Part shown: positions 9,779 to 17,485 of the stretch, piece by piece
How positions within the stretch are numbered: position 1 is the stretch's first letter
Layout: each line of letters opens with the position of its first letter
Assembly (NCBI GenBank): GCA_016208915.1
Contig: JACQXE010000037.1
Coordinates: forward strand, 4,905-68,904
Source of the DNA: Nitrospirota bacterium
GTDB taxonomy: Bacteria > Nitrospirota > Thermodesulfovibrionia > Thermodesulfovibrionales > UBA1546
Direction: 5' to 3'
Length of the DNA: 64,000 nucleotides
Position numbers and translations under genes: made by a program
The notes under the pieces: generated by a model
Told to the model about the DNA's origin: nothing
Seen by the model: only the letters and a program-made list of their open reading frames with translations
Databases searched by the model: none

Positions 9779-9946
9779 GGATTGGTCAGTAACTAAAAAC
9801 CTATCTAACGATAGGTAAAGGATTCTTGCCGAGTTATCCTATTGCCCCTATCTGGGACAAAAAGCATAATTCGCCAAGAAACTCCTTCTTGTAGCCTGCG
9901 TGAAATAACGTAACCTGAAGATGTGGTTACTAATAGAAAGAGGTAA

Positions 9947-10741
9947 ATGAAAGCAATGCCCTTAGCAGAAGATATGAATCCCGTTAGACATTCCGAAGAT
10001 AAGGAAATGACTATATCAAAGGAAAAGACTTTGCATATGTCTAACGGGATGAAAGATATTGTCAATGATATGATTTTCTCTTATGAGGCAAGGATCCAGA
10101 GCATGGAAGCTATTTTTGATGCTACCCATCAAATCCTCCAGGGTTTCCAAGATTCCTTCCTTGATGCAAGACAAGAGGAAAAACTTACCTCTGAACTACG
10201 GGAGACTCTTGCCAAAGACAAGTCTCTAAGAAAGAAGGATTTTGACAATATGATGCAGGGTATTCTTTCAGCTCAAGAGGAGAGGAAAAAGGAAGTAAGG
10301 AATTTGTTAAAAGGTTATCTTAATGGACAGAAAGAGGTAGCACAGACTTTAAAAGATAATCTGGCTAAGGTCAAAGATGTCCTTGTCAGAGGTGAGACTG
10401 GAAGGGTCAAAGAATTCCAAGGCTTGATTAAAGAGATTCTTGCTAAACAAGATGAAAGAAAAGATGAAGTTACCTCTAAGCTGAAAGAGTTTCAAAAAGA
10501 GCAACATGAGATGGCAAAAAGACTCAAAGAACTTTTAACAAAGGGAAGAGAGCTTCGGATAAAGGATCTCAAATTAATGCTTAAGGAATTCAATGCCCAA
10601 TATAAAGAGCGGATAGCCTGCCAGAAAGAAAGAAGGGAAGATGTTTGCAGTATGCTGGGTGAGTTTAAGAAAGAAAGAATAAAAAAGGTGCGGAGGAGTA
10701 AAACCCCCTTTAGAGAGGAACTTATTAATCTAACGGAGTAA
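9947..10741 (+). CDS. Lys/Glu-rich coiled-coil repeat protein, paralogous at its N-terminus to the next ORF (putative gas-vesicle-associated scaffold); start uncertain (possibly ATG 10037)
   Basis: It shares the motif I(F/T)SYE(A/E)R...(A/D)TH..L.GF with ORF 10793. Internal degenerate repeats include ILSAQEERKKEVRNLLKGY, ILAKQDERKDEVTSKLKEF and FNAQYKERIACQKE. Confidence 0.6.
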   Translation: MKAMPLAEDMNPVRHSEDKEMTISKEKTLHMSNGMKDIVNDMIFSYEARIQSMEAIFDATHQILQGFQDSFLDARQEEKLTSELRETLAKDKSLRKKDFDNMMQGILSAQEERKKEVRNLLKGYLNGQKEVAQTLKDNLAKVKDVLVRGETGRVKEFQGLIKEILAKQDERKDEVTSKLKEFQKEQHEMAKRLKELLTKGRELRIKDLKLMLKEFNAQYKERIACQKERREDVCSMLGEFKKERIKKVRRSKTPFREELINLTE

Positions 10742-10792
10742 ATAAAAGATAATCCGCCAAAAATATGGCGAAAAAGAAAAGGAGGGCTAAAA

Positions 10793-11347
10793 ATGGGAAT
10801 AGCTGAGAGTATGAAAGAGATTACAGAAAATATTATTACTTCCTATGAGGAAAGGGCAAAGGCACTTGGTGATTTGGTATCTGATACCCATGCAACCTTA
10901 AAAGGGTTTGCGCAAGACCGTGAAAAAATGGCTGGTGAGCAACGAGAAACTCTATCTAAATTTACAAAGGATTTGTCAAAGAGCGTAGGAAATATGCTTA
11001 AAGAGTTCAAGAAGGACCATGGACAGATGAGTGATGATCAAACAAAAAACTTAGCAGATTTTATTAAGAATCTGACTAATGATGTAGGTTCAATGTTAAA
11101 TAGGTTTCAAAAGGATCGTGACAAGATGTCAAAGGAACTTAAGAACAAACTCGCTAAAGAGGTAAAAGATATTGGAACCTATGTCAAGCAACTCCTAGGT
11201 GAATATAGCTCGGATATGAAGAAGGCGAAAGAGGCCTGGCAGGGTATGTCTAAGACACTGGCCGAAGAGGCGATTGAAGAAGTGGGCGAAGAAGAAGCAG
11301 TTAGAAAGCCCAAGAAGAAGAGAAAGAAAAGAGGAAAGAAGAAATAG
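10793..11347 (+). CDS. repeat protein with four tandem 33-residue repeats and a poly-Lys tail (GvpC-like by architecture)
   Basis: These segments align without gaps at a 33-aa period: LVSDTHATLKGFAQDREKMAGEQRETLSKFTKD / LSKSVGNMLKEFKKDHGQMSDDQTKNLADFIKN / LTNDVGSMLNRFQKDRDKMSKELKNKLAKEVKD / IGTYVKQLLGEYSSDMKKAKEAWQGMSKTLAEE. Confidence 0.65.
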   Translation: MGIAESMKEITENIITSYEERAKALGDLVSDTHATLKGFAQDREKMAGEQRETLSKFTKDLSKSVGNMLKEFKKDHGQMSDDQTKNLADFIKNLTNDVGSMLNRFQKDRDKMSKELKNKLAKEVKDIGTYVKQLLGEYSSDMKKAKEAWQGMSKTLAEEAIEEVGEEEAVRKPKKKRKKRGKKK

Positions 11348-11387
11348 GTTAAGTACTCTATCTAAGGAGAAAGGACGGTGAGACAAG

Positions 11388-12302
11388 ATGATTGATGAGA
11401 TGACTACGGTATTGGAGCCGAGTCCTCTGCCAGACTTTGTGGAGACAAAGTATATCAAGGATATCACTAAGAGGGCACTTGACTATATAAAGGCAGGTTT
11501 TCCAGTCCATTTTAGAGGGGTATCCGGTTCCGGCAAGACTACGTTGGCTATGCACATAGCAAGTAAGATTAAAAGGCCGATGGTAATGATTCATGGAGAT
11601 GAAGAATTCACAACCTCTGATCTTGTAGGTGGTGAATATGGTTACAGAATCAGAAAGGTTGTAGACAGATTTATCTCACGGGTATTAAAAACAGAAGAGG
11701 ATATGGTAAAGCGCTGGGTGGATAACCGTCTGACCGTTGCCTGTAAGTATGGATTTACCTTGATATATGATGAATTTACACGTTCAAGGCCAGAGGCAAA
11801 TAATATCCTTCTTTCTATTTTACAGGAGAAGATGATGGATTTGCCGGTAGGAAGAGGCGGTGAGGAACCATATTTAAGAGTAGATCCAAATTTTACTGCT
11901 ATTTTTACATCTAATCCTGAGGAATATGCCGGTGTCCACAGGAGCCAGGATGCCTTAAGGGACAGAATGATAACCATGGACTTAGACCACTTTGACTATG
12001 ATACAGAGGTCGCAATAACTCAGGCGAAATCTAAACTTTCTAAAAAGGATTCTGAGAAAATAGTGAATATTGTAAAAGGTTTAAGAGAATCCGGGAAGTG
12101 CGAGTTTGCTCCAACTATTCGCGGATGTATTATGATTGCAAAAACCCTTAAAGTTCAGGGTATCACTCCTACAAGTGCCAATGGCGCCTTTATGCCGATT
12201 TGCCAGGATATATTGGCCTCTGAGACGAGCAGGATTGGCTCAAAGACGAATCAGAGCAGGGTAAAAGAGACAGTTAAGGAGTTGGTTGAGAAGTATAGTT
12301 AG
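11388..12302 (+). CDS. gvpN: gas vesicle protein GvpN (AAA+ ATPase)
   Basis: 304 aa. Walker A GVSGSGKTT, Walker B LIYDEF, GvpN-like length, and position after gvpA and the C-like genes. Confidence 0.85.
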   Translation: MIDEMTTVLEPSPLPDFVETKYIKDITKRALDYIKAGFPVHFRGVSGSGKTTLAMHIASKIKRPMVMIHGDEEFTTSDLVGGEYGYRIRKVVDRFISRVLKTEEDMVKRWVDNRLTVACKYGFTLIYDEFTRSRPEANNILLSILQEKMMDLPVGRGGEEPYLRVDPNFTAIFTSNPEEYAGVHRSQDALRDRMITMDLDHFDYDTEVAITQAKSKLSKKDSEKIVNIVKGLRESGKCEFAPTIRGCIMIAKTLKVQGITPTSANGAFMPICQDILASETSRIGSKTNQSRVKETVKELVEKYS

Positions 12303-12390
12303 AAAGGAGAAGACAGAAAAAAATGGGTCTTTCGTTAAAAAATTGAAAATCATAAATGGCTGGATGAATGACGGAACTGCTATTAAAAGT

Positions 12391-12465
12391 GTCATTCCCC
12401 GACTTGATCGGGGAATCCAGAAAGCAAAGTTACTGGATTCCCGCTTAATGACTGCGGGAATGACG
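12391..12465. repeat. hairpin repeat element (REP/MITE-like, GTCAT...ATGAC family, 'attcccgc' subtype)
   Basis: gtcattccccgacttgatcggggaatccag...ctggattcccgcttaatgactgcgggaatgac: two hairpins between inverted GTCAT/ATGAC ends. Track ORF 12286..12507 is just its translation. Confidence 0.8.
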
Positions 12466-12503
12466 GAAAAGAGAGTATTTTCGTATGAAAGGAGGATTGT
12501 TAA

Positions 12504-12809
12504 ATGAAAGGAATGTTGCAGATACCCGGCATTAAAGATATAAAAAGTACACATTCTGTAGGTGCACGGTCTATTCCAAAGGTACAAAGGTCAAGTTATT
12601 TAGAATTATATATGCGTAGAAGAGAGAAGGATAGATTAGAGAAAGAAATCTTCGCGTTAGATAAAAGAAGAGACACAGCGAATAGGCAATTGAACAGCAT
12701 CAATAAGCAAATTGAAAAATTACAGAAAGAAGTGCACGAAGAGCAAAAGATTAATACTTATAGAGGGATACCTACAAGGCCGCTTAAGACAATGGCTATA
12801 AATTATTAA
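12504..12809 (+). CDS. small coiled-coil protein of unknown function within the gvp island
   Basis: 101 aa. SYLELYMRRREKDRLEKEIFALDKRRDTANRQLNSINKQIEKLQKE shows a heptad-like pattern. I recognise no family. Confidence 0.5.
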   Translation: MKGMLQIPGIKDIKSTHSVGARSIPKVQRSSYLELYMRRREKDRLEKEIFALDKRRDTANRQLNSINKQIEKLQKEVHEEQKINTYRGIPTRPLKTMAINY

Positions 12810-12933
12810 TGAATGTTTATGATAGGTAAGCATGGATTGGAAAACCTTTTGGAAAAGCCCAAAAGTCGCAATCTTTCATGTTTATGTACAGAGGCAAAGG
12901 CGTTATTGCAAAAGTGATGGAAAGGTACAAATT

Positions 12934-13004
12934 GTCATGCTGAATTTATTGCAGCATCTAATAATGTCAAGGGTTATGAGATCCTGAAACAAGTTCAGGA
13001 TGAC
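12934..13004. repeat. hairpin repeat element (GTCAT...ATGAC family, 'ctgaa..ttcag' subtype)
   Basis: gtcatgctgaatttattgcagcat...atcctgaaacaagttcaggatgac. Confidence 0.8.
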
Positions 13005-13048
13005 AAAAAGAGACTTTTTCAAGAGCTCGATTATAAAGGTTGATATCT

Positions 13049-13435
13049 ATGATTGGGGATAAAAAAGAAATAAAGAGAATAGAGAAATTAATTAAAAAGG
13101 CGCAGAGGTCTTTAAGATTATCGTCTTATAAAATTAGATGTAATCTTGTAAAGGCTGATTATTCAGAATATGCCGGGATAATTTGCCAACATCCAAAAAG
13201 AACAGCGACAATAGATTTTAATAGAAAAAGGATTCATCAGGAATTAGAAAATACTGTAATTCACGAATTACTGCATTTATTATTTAATAAACATCTGAGT
13301 GTTGCAGAGGATGTTTTTGAAAGACAGAGAAAATATAAAAGCTTACGGAAATATCAAAAAGGCGAAGAGAAAATAATCAATATTTTAGCGCCCTTGCTTG
13401 AGAAGGTAATTTTTGAAAATCAAAGGAGAAGGTAG
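13049..13435 (+). CDS. small HExxH-motif protein (putative Zn-metallopeptidase-like)
   Basis: The motif is VIHELLHLLF. The ORF ends 2 nt before the Hsp20 gene. I prefer ATG 13049 over the TTG at 13040. Confidence 0.5.
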   Translation: MIGDKKEIKRIEKLIKKAQRSLRLSSYKIRCNLVKADYSEYAGIICQHPKRTATIDFNRKRIHQELENTVIHELLHLLFNKHLSVAEDVFERQRKYKSLRKYQKGEEKIINILAPLLEKVIFENQRRR

Positions 13436-13437
13436 TC

Positions 13438-13977
13438 ATGGCAAAAGAAAAAAAGAAAAGGAAAGAGGAAGAAGAAGGATTGGATATTGATTTTGGCATA
13501 GGTAAATTGAGTCTGGGGGGGTTATTTAAAGGCATTGAGAATTTAGTTGACCTTGCCGCTAAGTTAAAAGAAGCAGGTGGTGAAATTAAGAAAGAAGGCG
13601 AGATTGACCTGAGCCGACTTAAAGAAGGCATGAAGGGGGTCTATGGTTTTTCAATAAAGACAGCAGTTGGCGGAAAACCGATGGTTGAGACATTTGGCAA
13701 TATCAAAAAGACACCTGAAGGACCTGTCGTAGAAGAAGAAAGAGAGCCCTTAACAGATGTGTTTGATGAGAAAGACGAAGTAGTGGTTATATCTGAAATT
13801 CCGGGAGTTCATGAGGAAGGTATATCGGTAGATTTAAAGGGGGACATACTGGAGATTTCAGCAGTGGGCAAAAGCAGAAAATATCGTAAAGAAGTCCTCC
13901 TGCCAGTGCAGGTCAAGAAGGAAACACTTTCTTATACATTTAAGAACGGTATCTTAGAAGTTAGAATTAAAAAGTGA
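13438..13977 (+). CDS. Hsp20/alpha-crystallin family small heat-shock protein with a Lys/Glu-rich N-terminal extension
   Basis: The C-terminal PLTDVFDEKDEVVVISEIPGVHEEGISVDLKGDILEISA...LPVQVKKETLSYTFKNGILEVRI matches an alpha-crystallin domain. Confidence 0.8.
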   Translation: MAKEKKKRKEEEEGLDIDFGIGKLSLGGLFKGIENLVDLAAKLKEAGGEIKKEGEIDLSRLKEGMKGVYGFSIKTAVGGKPMVETFGNIKKTPEGPVVEEEREPLTDVFDEKDEVVVISEIPGVHEEGISVDLKGDILEISAVGKSRKYRKEVLLPVQVKKETLSYTFKNGILEVRIKK

Positions 13978-13981
13978 AACG

Positions 13982-14082
13982 GTCATGCCGACAATTAGGC
14001 ACAAAGGGGAATGAAAAACTGTCATTCCCGCGCAGGCGGGAATCCAGAAAGACACTGGATTCCGTGTCAAGCACGGAATGAC
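13982..14082. repeat. compound hairpin repeat element (GTCAT...ATGAC family)
   Basis: gtcatgccgacaattaggcac... followed by gtcattcccgcgcaggcgggaatccagaaagacactggattccgtgtcaagcacggaatgac. Track ORF 14011..14223 translates it. Confidence 0.8.
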
Positions 14083-14098
14083 AAAATTTTGATAATAG

Positions 14099-15112
14099 GT
14101 GGATGGCATTATAAGCGGACTATTAGAGCCGTCATTGAAGCTGATTCTATTCGGCGGGAAGGGAGGTGTTGGGAAGACTACCTGCGCCGCAAGTGCAGGG
14201 CTTTATTTAGCAAACAACAATAAGAATACCTTGCTTATCTCCACTGACCCAGCACATTCTTTATCGGACAGTCTGGGCAAGGAGATTACGAATGAGATAA
14301 CGCAGATAAAAGGAGTAGATAAATTAAGTGCTATGGAGATAAGCGCGGAAAAGGCATTGTCAAGTTTCAAAGCAGAATATCAAGATGAACTGAAAAGACT
14401 CTTTGATACAAGCACTTATTTAGATAAGGAAGATATAGATTCCATACTTGAGCTGCCTATACCAGGCATAGACGAGGTAATGGGATTCAAGGTCATTGTG
14501 GATTTAATTGAAAAGGAAGAATTTGACAAATACGTAGTGGATACTGCGCCAACAGGCCATGCCCTGAGGCTTTTGACTCTGCCTGAACTCTTAGATGACT
14601 GGATAAAGGTTCTGGCAAAGATGAGATGGAAATACAGATATATGGTTACTACCTTTGCCGGTAAATACAGGCCTGACAGCGCTGATGATTTTCTTATGAG
14701 CATGAAAAAAACAGTCAAAAAAATTGAGGGGCTGCTGAAAGATGAGAACAGATGTGAATTCATAGTTGTCACGATCCCTGAGGATATGGCTATTAAAGAA
14801 ACAGAGAGGCTGATAAGAAATCTGAATCAATACGGGATGAAGGTGAAGCAGTTGATTATCAACAATGTTATTCCAGAGGGAGACAGGTGCAGTTTTTGTC
14901 AAGCGAGGAGAAAAGGCCAGGACAAATATATCAAAGAGATTAGAGATAAATTTAGCGATTTAAATATAACGGTTATTCCCCTTCAGCCCCACGAGGTAAA
15001 AGGGATAAATGCACTGAAAAACTTAGAAAGTATGATATTTAGCAAGAACGCACAATGTCACCCTGAACTTGATTCAGGGTCTAAAAGAGACGCTGAAACG
15101 AGCCTGCCCTGA
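14099..15112 (+). CDS. Get3/ArsA-family ATPase with a CxxC motif; the last ~20 codons are repeat-derived
   Basis: P-loop GGKGGVGKTT, STDPAHSLSD, DTAPTGHALRLL, and CSFCQARRKGQDKYIKEI...VIPLQPHEVKGINALKNL, which resembles the Get3 CxxC dimer-zinc region. The C-terminal HPELDSGSKRDAETSLP is the translated hairpin repeat. Confidence 0.8.
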   Translation: MDGIISGLLEPSLKLILFGGKGGVGKTTCAASAGLYLANNNKNTLLISTDPAHSLSDSLGKEITNEITQIKGVDKLSAMEISAEKALSSFKAEYQDELKRLFDTSTYLDKEDIDSILELPIPGIDEVMGFKVIVDLIEKEEFDKYVVDTAPTGHALRLLTLPELLDDWIKVLAKMRWKYRYMVTTFAGKYRPDSADDFLMSMKKTVKKIEGLLKDENRCEFIVVTIPEDMAIKETERLIRNLNQYGMKVKQLIINNVIPEGDRCSFCQARRKGQDKYIKEIRDKFSDLNITVIPLQPHEVKGINALKNLESMIFSKNAQCHPELDSGSKRDAETSLP

Positions 15113-15161
15113 AGAGATTCTGAACCAAGTTCAGAATGACACTTTCAGGGTTCAGCATGAC
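15057..15161. repeat. compound hairpin repeat element (GTCA...ATGAC family) spanning the Get3-like/Cdc48-like junction
   Basis: gtcaccctgaacttgattcagggt...gattctgaaccaagttcagaatgac...ttcagcatgac. Confidence 0.8.
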
Positions 15162-15180
15162 AATTGAGAGGTATTTTCGA

Positions 15181-17304
15181 ATGAATAATAATGAAAGTTT
15201 CATAACCTTAAAAGTAAAAGAGGCATTACCTAAAGATGTGGGAAGGGCGATAGTTAGAATAGACCCTGAGGATATGAAAAAATTGGGGGTTGAGGTAGGC
15301 GAGATTATAGAGATTAGCGGTAAAAGGCAAACACCAGCCAAGGTAATGCCCTGCTATGCCGAAGAAAGGAACAAAGGGATTATTCAGATAGATGGAATAA
15401 CAAGGGAAAATGCACAGATCGGGATAGATGAAAAGGTAAAGATTCAAAAAGTAAAAGCTAAGCCGGCAAGTAAGATTACATTAGTGCCTCTGAACATATC
15501 AGGTCTTATGAATAAGGATAAGGATATTAAGTATATCGGTTCATTGATCGGAGGGCTTCCACTGACTGTCGGCGATAGGATTAGAGCCAGTCTTTTTGGG
15601 GCAAGAGCCTGTGACTTCAAAGTAGTAGATACAATTCCTGATGGGGTTGTGCTTATCGAGCCCACAACTCTAATCAAGATAAAAGATAAAGGAACAAAAG
15701 ATATAAAAGAGACACGTATATCCTATGAGGATATAGGCGGACTCCACACTCAGATTCAGAGAATCAGAGAGATGATTGAACTCCCACTTAAATACCCTCA
15801 GATTTTTGAAAGATTGGGGATTGGCGCGCCCAAAGGGGTTTTTTTATACGGCCCTCCAGGCACTGGTAAGACTCTGATAGCACGGGCAGTAGCGAATGAG
15901 ACAGAGGCATATTTTACTCATATATCAGGACCTGAAATAATGGGCAAATTTTATGGTGAGAGTGAAGCCCGCTTAAGAAGTGTATTTGAAGATGCGCAAA
16001 AACATGCCCCTGCCATAATCTTTATTGATGAGATAGACGCCATTGCCCCTAAGAGAGAAGAGATGGGCGGAGAGAAGCAGGTTGAGCGGAGGGTTGTGGC
16101 TCAGCTCTTAGCACTGATGGATGGATTAGAATCAAGGGGTGAGGTTATAGTTATAGCTGCAACCAATATCCCTAATGTTATAGACCCGGCATTGAGGCGG
16201 CCGGGTAGATTTGATAGAGAAATTTCAATTCCTATACCCGACAGAAATAGCAGACTCGAGATACTCCAAATTCATACAAGGGGGATGCCCCTATCAGAAG
16301 ATGTAAGTCTTGAAAAGTTAGCCGATATTACCCATGGATTTGTTGGAGCAGACTTAGAGGCATTAGCCAGAGAAGCAGCGATGTCGGCTTTAAGAAAAAT
16401 TCTACCTGAGATCGATTTTGAGCTGGCAGATATTCCTTATGAAACACTCATGGAGCTTCAAGTGACTATGGATAATTTCTTAGAAGCCATGAAAGAGGTT
16501 GAACCATCAGCAATTAGAGAATTTTTTGTAGAGGTGCCTGATGTCAAATGGGAGGATGTGGGTGGTCTTGAGAATATTAAAGAGGAACTAAAGGAGGCAA
16601 TTGAATGGCCTCTTAAATATTCTGATATTTTTAAAAAGGCAGGCACAAATCCTCCTAAGGGAATTTTACTCTATGGAGTTCCTGGTACAGGTAAAACCCT
16701 TTTAGCCAAAGCAGTGGCTAATGAGAGTGGAGTGAATTTCATCTCAGTCAAAGGACCGAGTTTGATATCGAAGTATGTCGGCGAAAGTGAGCGTGGAATC
16801 CGTGAGGTCTTTAAAAAGGCAAAGCAGGCATCACCTACAATCCTATTTTTTGATGAGATAGACAGCCTTGTTCCCAAAAGGGGTTCAGGAGGCTCTGATT
16901 CTCAGGTAACAGAACGAGTGATAAGCCAATTCCTGACTGAGATGGATGGAATTGAAGAACTTAAGGGCGTGGTAGTTTTAGCCGCTACTAATAGATTAGA
17001 CCTGATTGACCCTGCTATCTTACGCAGCGGCAGATTTGACCTTTTGCTTGAGTTGCCTGTGCCTGATGAAAAAACGAGAGAAGAAATATTCAGAATACAT
17101 ACTGAAAATAAACCGCTGGCTGATGACGTTGATTTGAAAGAGTTAGCTAAAGAGACTGAAGGTAAGGTGGGCTCTGATATTGAGTTTATCTGTCGGAAGG
17201 CTTCTATGTTGGCGATAAGAGAGTTTATAGAGCACCGGCAAAATTTAAAGTTTTTGAGAAAGCATTTTCAAGATGCTATCAAGTTAATCCAAAGGGAGGT
17301 TTAA
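15181..17304 (+). CDS. Cdc48/VAT-type double AAA+ ATPase (N-domain + D1 + D2)
   Basis: Cdc48-N-like [42 protein letters not shown]. Two Walker A motifs, GPPGTGKTL and [12 protein letters not shown] 15181 with a GAGAGG SD is preferred, because the track start at 15136 lies inside the repeat. Confidence 0.9.
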   Translation: MNNNESFITLKVKEALPKDVGRAIVRIDPEDMKKLGVEVGEIIEISGKRQTPAKVMPCYAEERNKGIIQIDGITRENAQIGIDEKVKIQKVKAKPASKITLVPLNISGLMNKDKDIKYIGSLIGGLPLTVGDRIRASLFGARACDFKVVDTIPDGVVLIEPTTLIKIKDKGTKDIKETRISYEDIGGLHTQIQRIREMIELPLKYPQIFERLGIGAPKGVFLYGPPGTGKTLIARAVANETEAYFTHISGPEIMGKFYGESEARLRSVFEDAQKHAPAIIFIDEIDAIAPKREEMGGEKQVERRVVAQLLALMDGLESRGEVIVIAATNIPNVIDPALRRPGRFDREISIPIPDRNSRLEILQIHTRGMPLSEDVSLEKLADITHGFVGADLEALAREAAMSALRKILPEIDFELADIPYETLMELQVTMDNFLEAMKEVEPSAIREFFVEVPDVKWEDVGGLENIKEELKEAIEWPLKYSDIFKKAGTNPPKGILLYGVPGTGKTLLAKAVANESGVNFISVKGPSLISKYVGESERGIREVFKKAKQASPTILFFDEIDSLVPKRGSGGSDSQVTERVISQFLTEMDGIEELKGVVVLAATNRLDLIDPAILRSGRFDLLLELPVPDEKTREEIFRIHTENKPLADDVDLKELAKETEGKVGSDIEFICRKASMLAIREFIEHRQNLKFLRKHFQDAIKLIQREV

Positions 17305-17485
17305 AATAGCAAAGATTATTGAGAAGATTAAGAATTTCTTCAAAGGCAAAAAGAAAGAAGAGCCTAAAGCCCAACAGGAAAAACCTAAAACAGAAGAGAA
17401 GCCTGAAGAACAAAAATAGTAGAAAAGAATAAAAGGATCACTAAAAGGGGAGGGTGGATAATCCTCTCGATATAAATTTTTGATA

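Noticed and set aside
12286-12507. Track ORFs 12286..12507, 14011..14223 and 33550..33738 as possible small genes.
   Set aside because: Their sequences (..VIPRLDRGIQKAKLLDSRLMTAGMT.., ..CHSRAGGNPERHWIPCQARNDK.., ..RDCFASLSMT..) are direct translations of the palindromic hairpin repeats. The ORFs exist only because the repeats lack stops.
12391-15161. Whether the repeated hairpin elements could be a CRISPR array.
   Set aside because: The copies differ in sequence, are internally palindromic, are irregularly spaced (hundreds to thousands of nt) and are separated by genes. There are no cas genes in the window.
15136-15180. N-terminal extension of the Cdc48-like ORF (track start 15136), and similar extensions of the SBP (39647..39850), ADH (36772), ACAD (40046), GvpA (9563) and GvpO (9859-type GTG starts).
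   Set aside because: The extensions lie in repeat or intergenic sequence and lack an SD. Downstream ATGs have well-spaced GGAGG-type SDs and match the expected family N-termini or a lipoprotein signal.
17306-17419. A Lys/Glu-rich 37-codon frame (IAKIIEKIKNFFKGKKKEEPKAQQEKPKTEEKPEEQK) right after the Cdc48 stop, preceded by GGAGG.
   Set aside because: It has no ATG/GTG/TTG start in frame (the first codon would be ATA, and there is an upstream in-frame stop at 17285). It could only be made by non-canonical initiation or frameshifting, for which I have no evidence.
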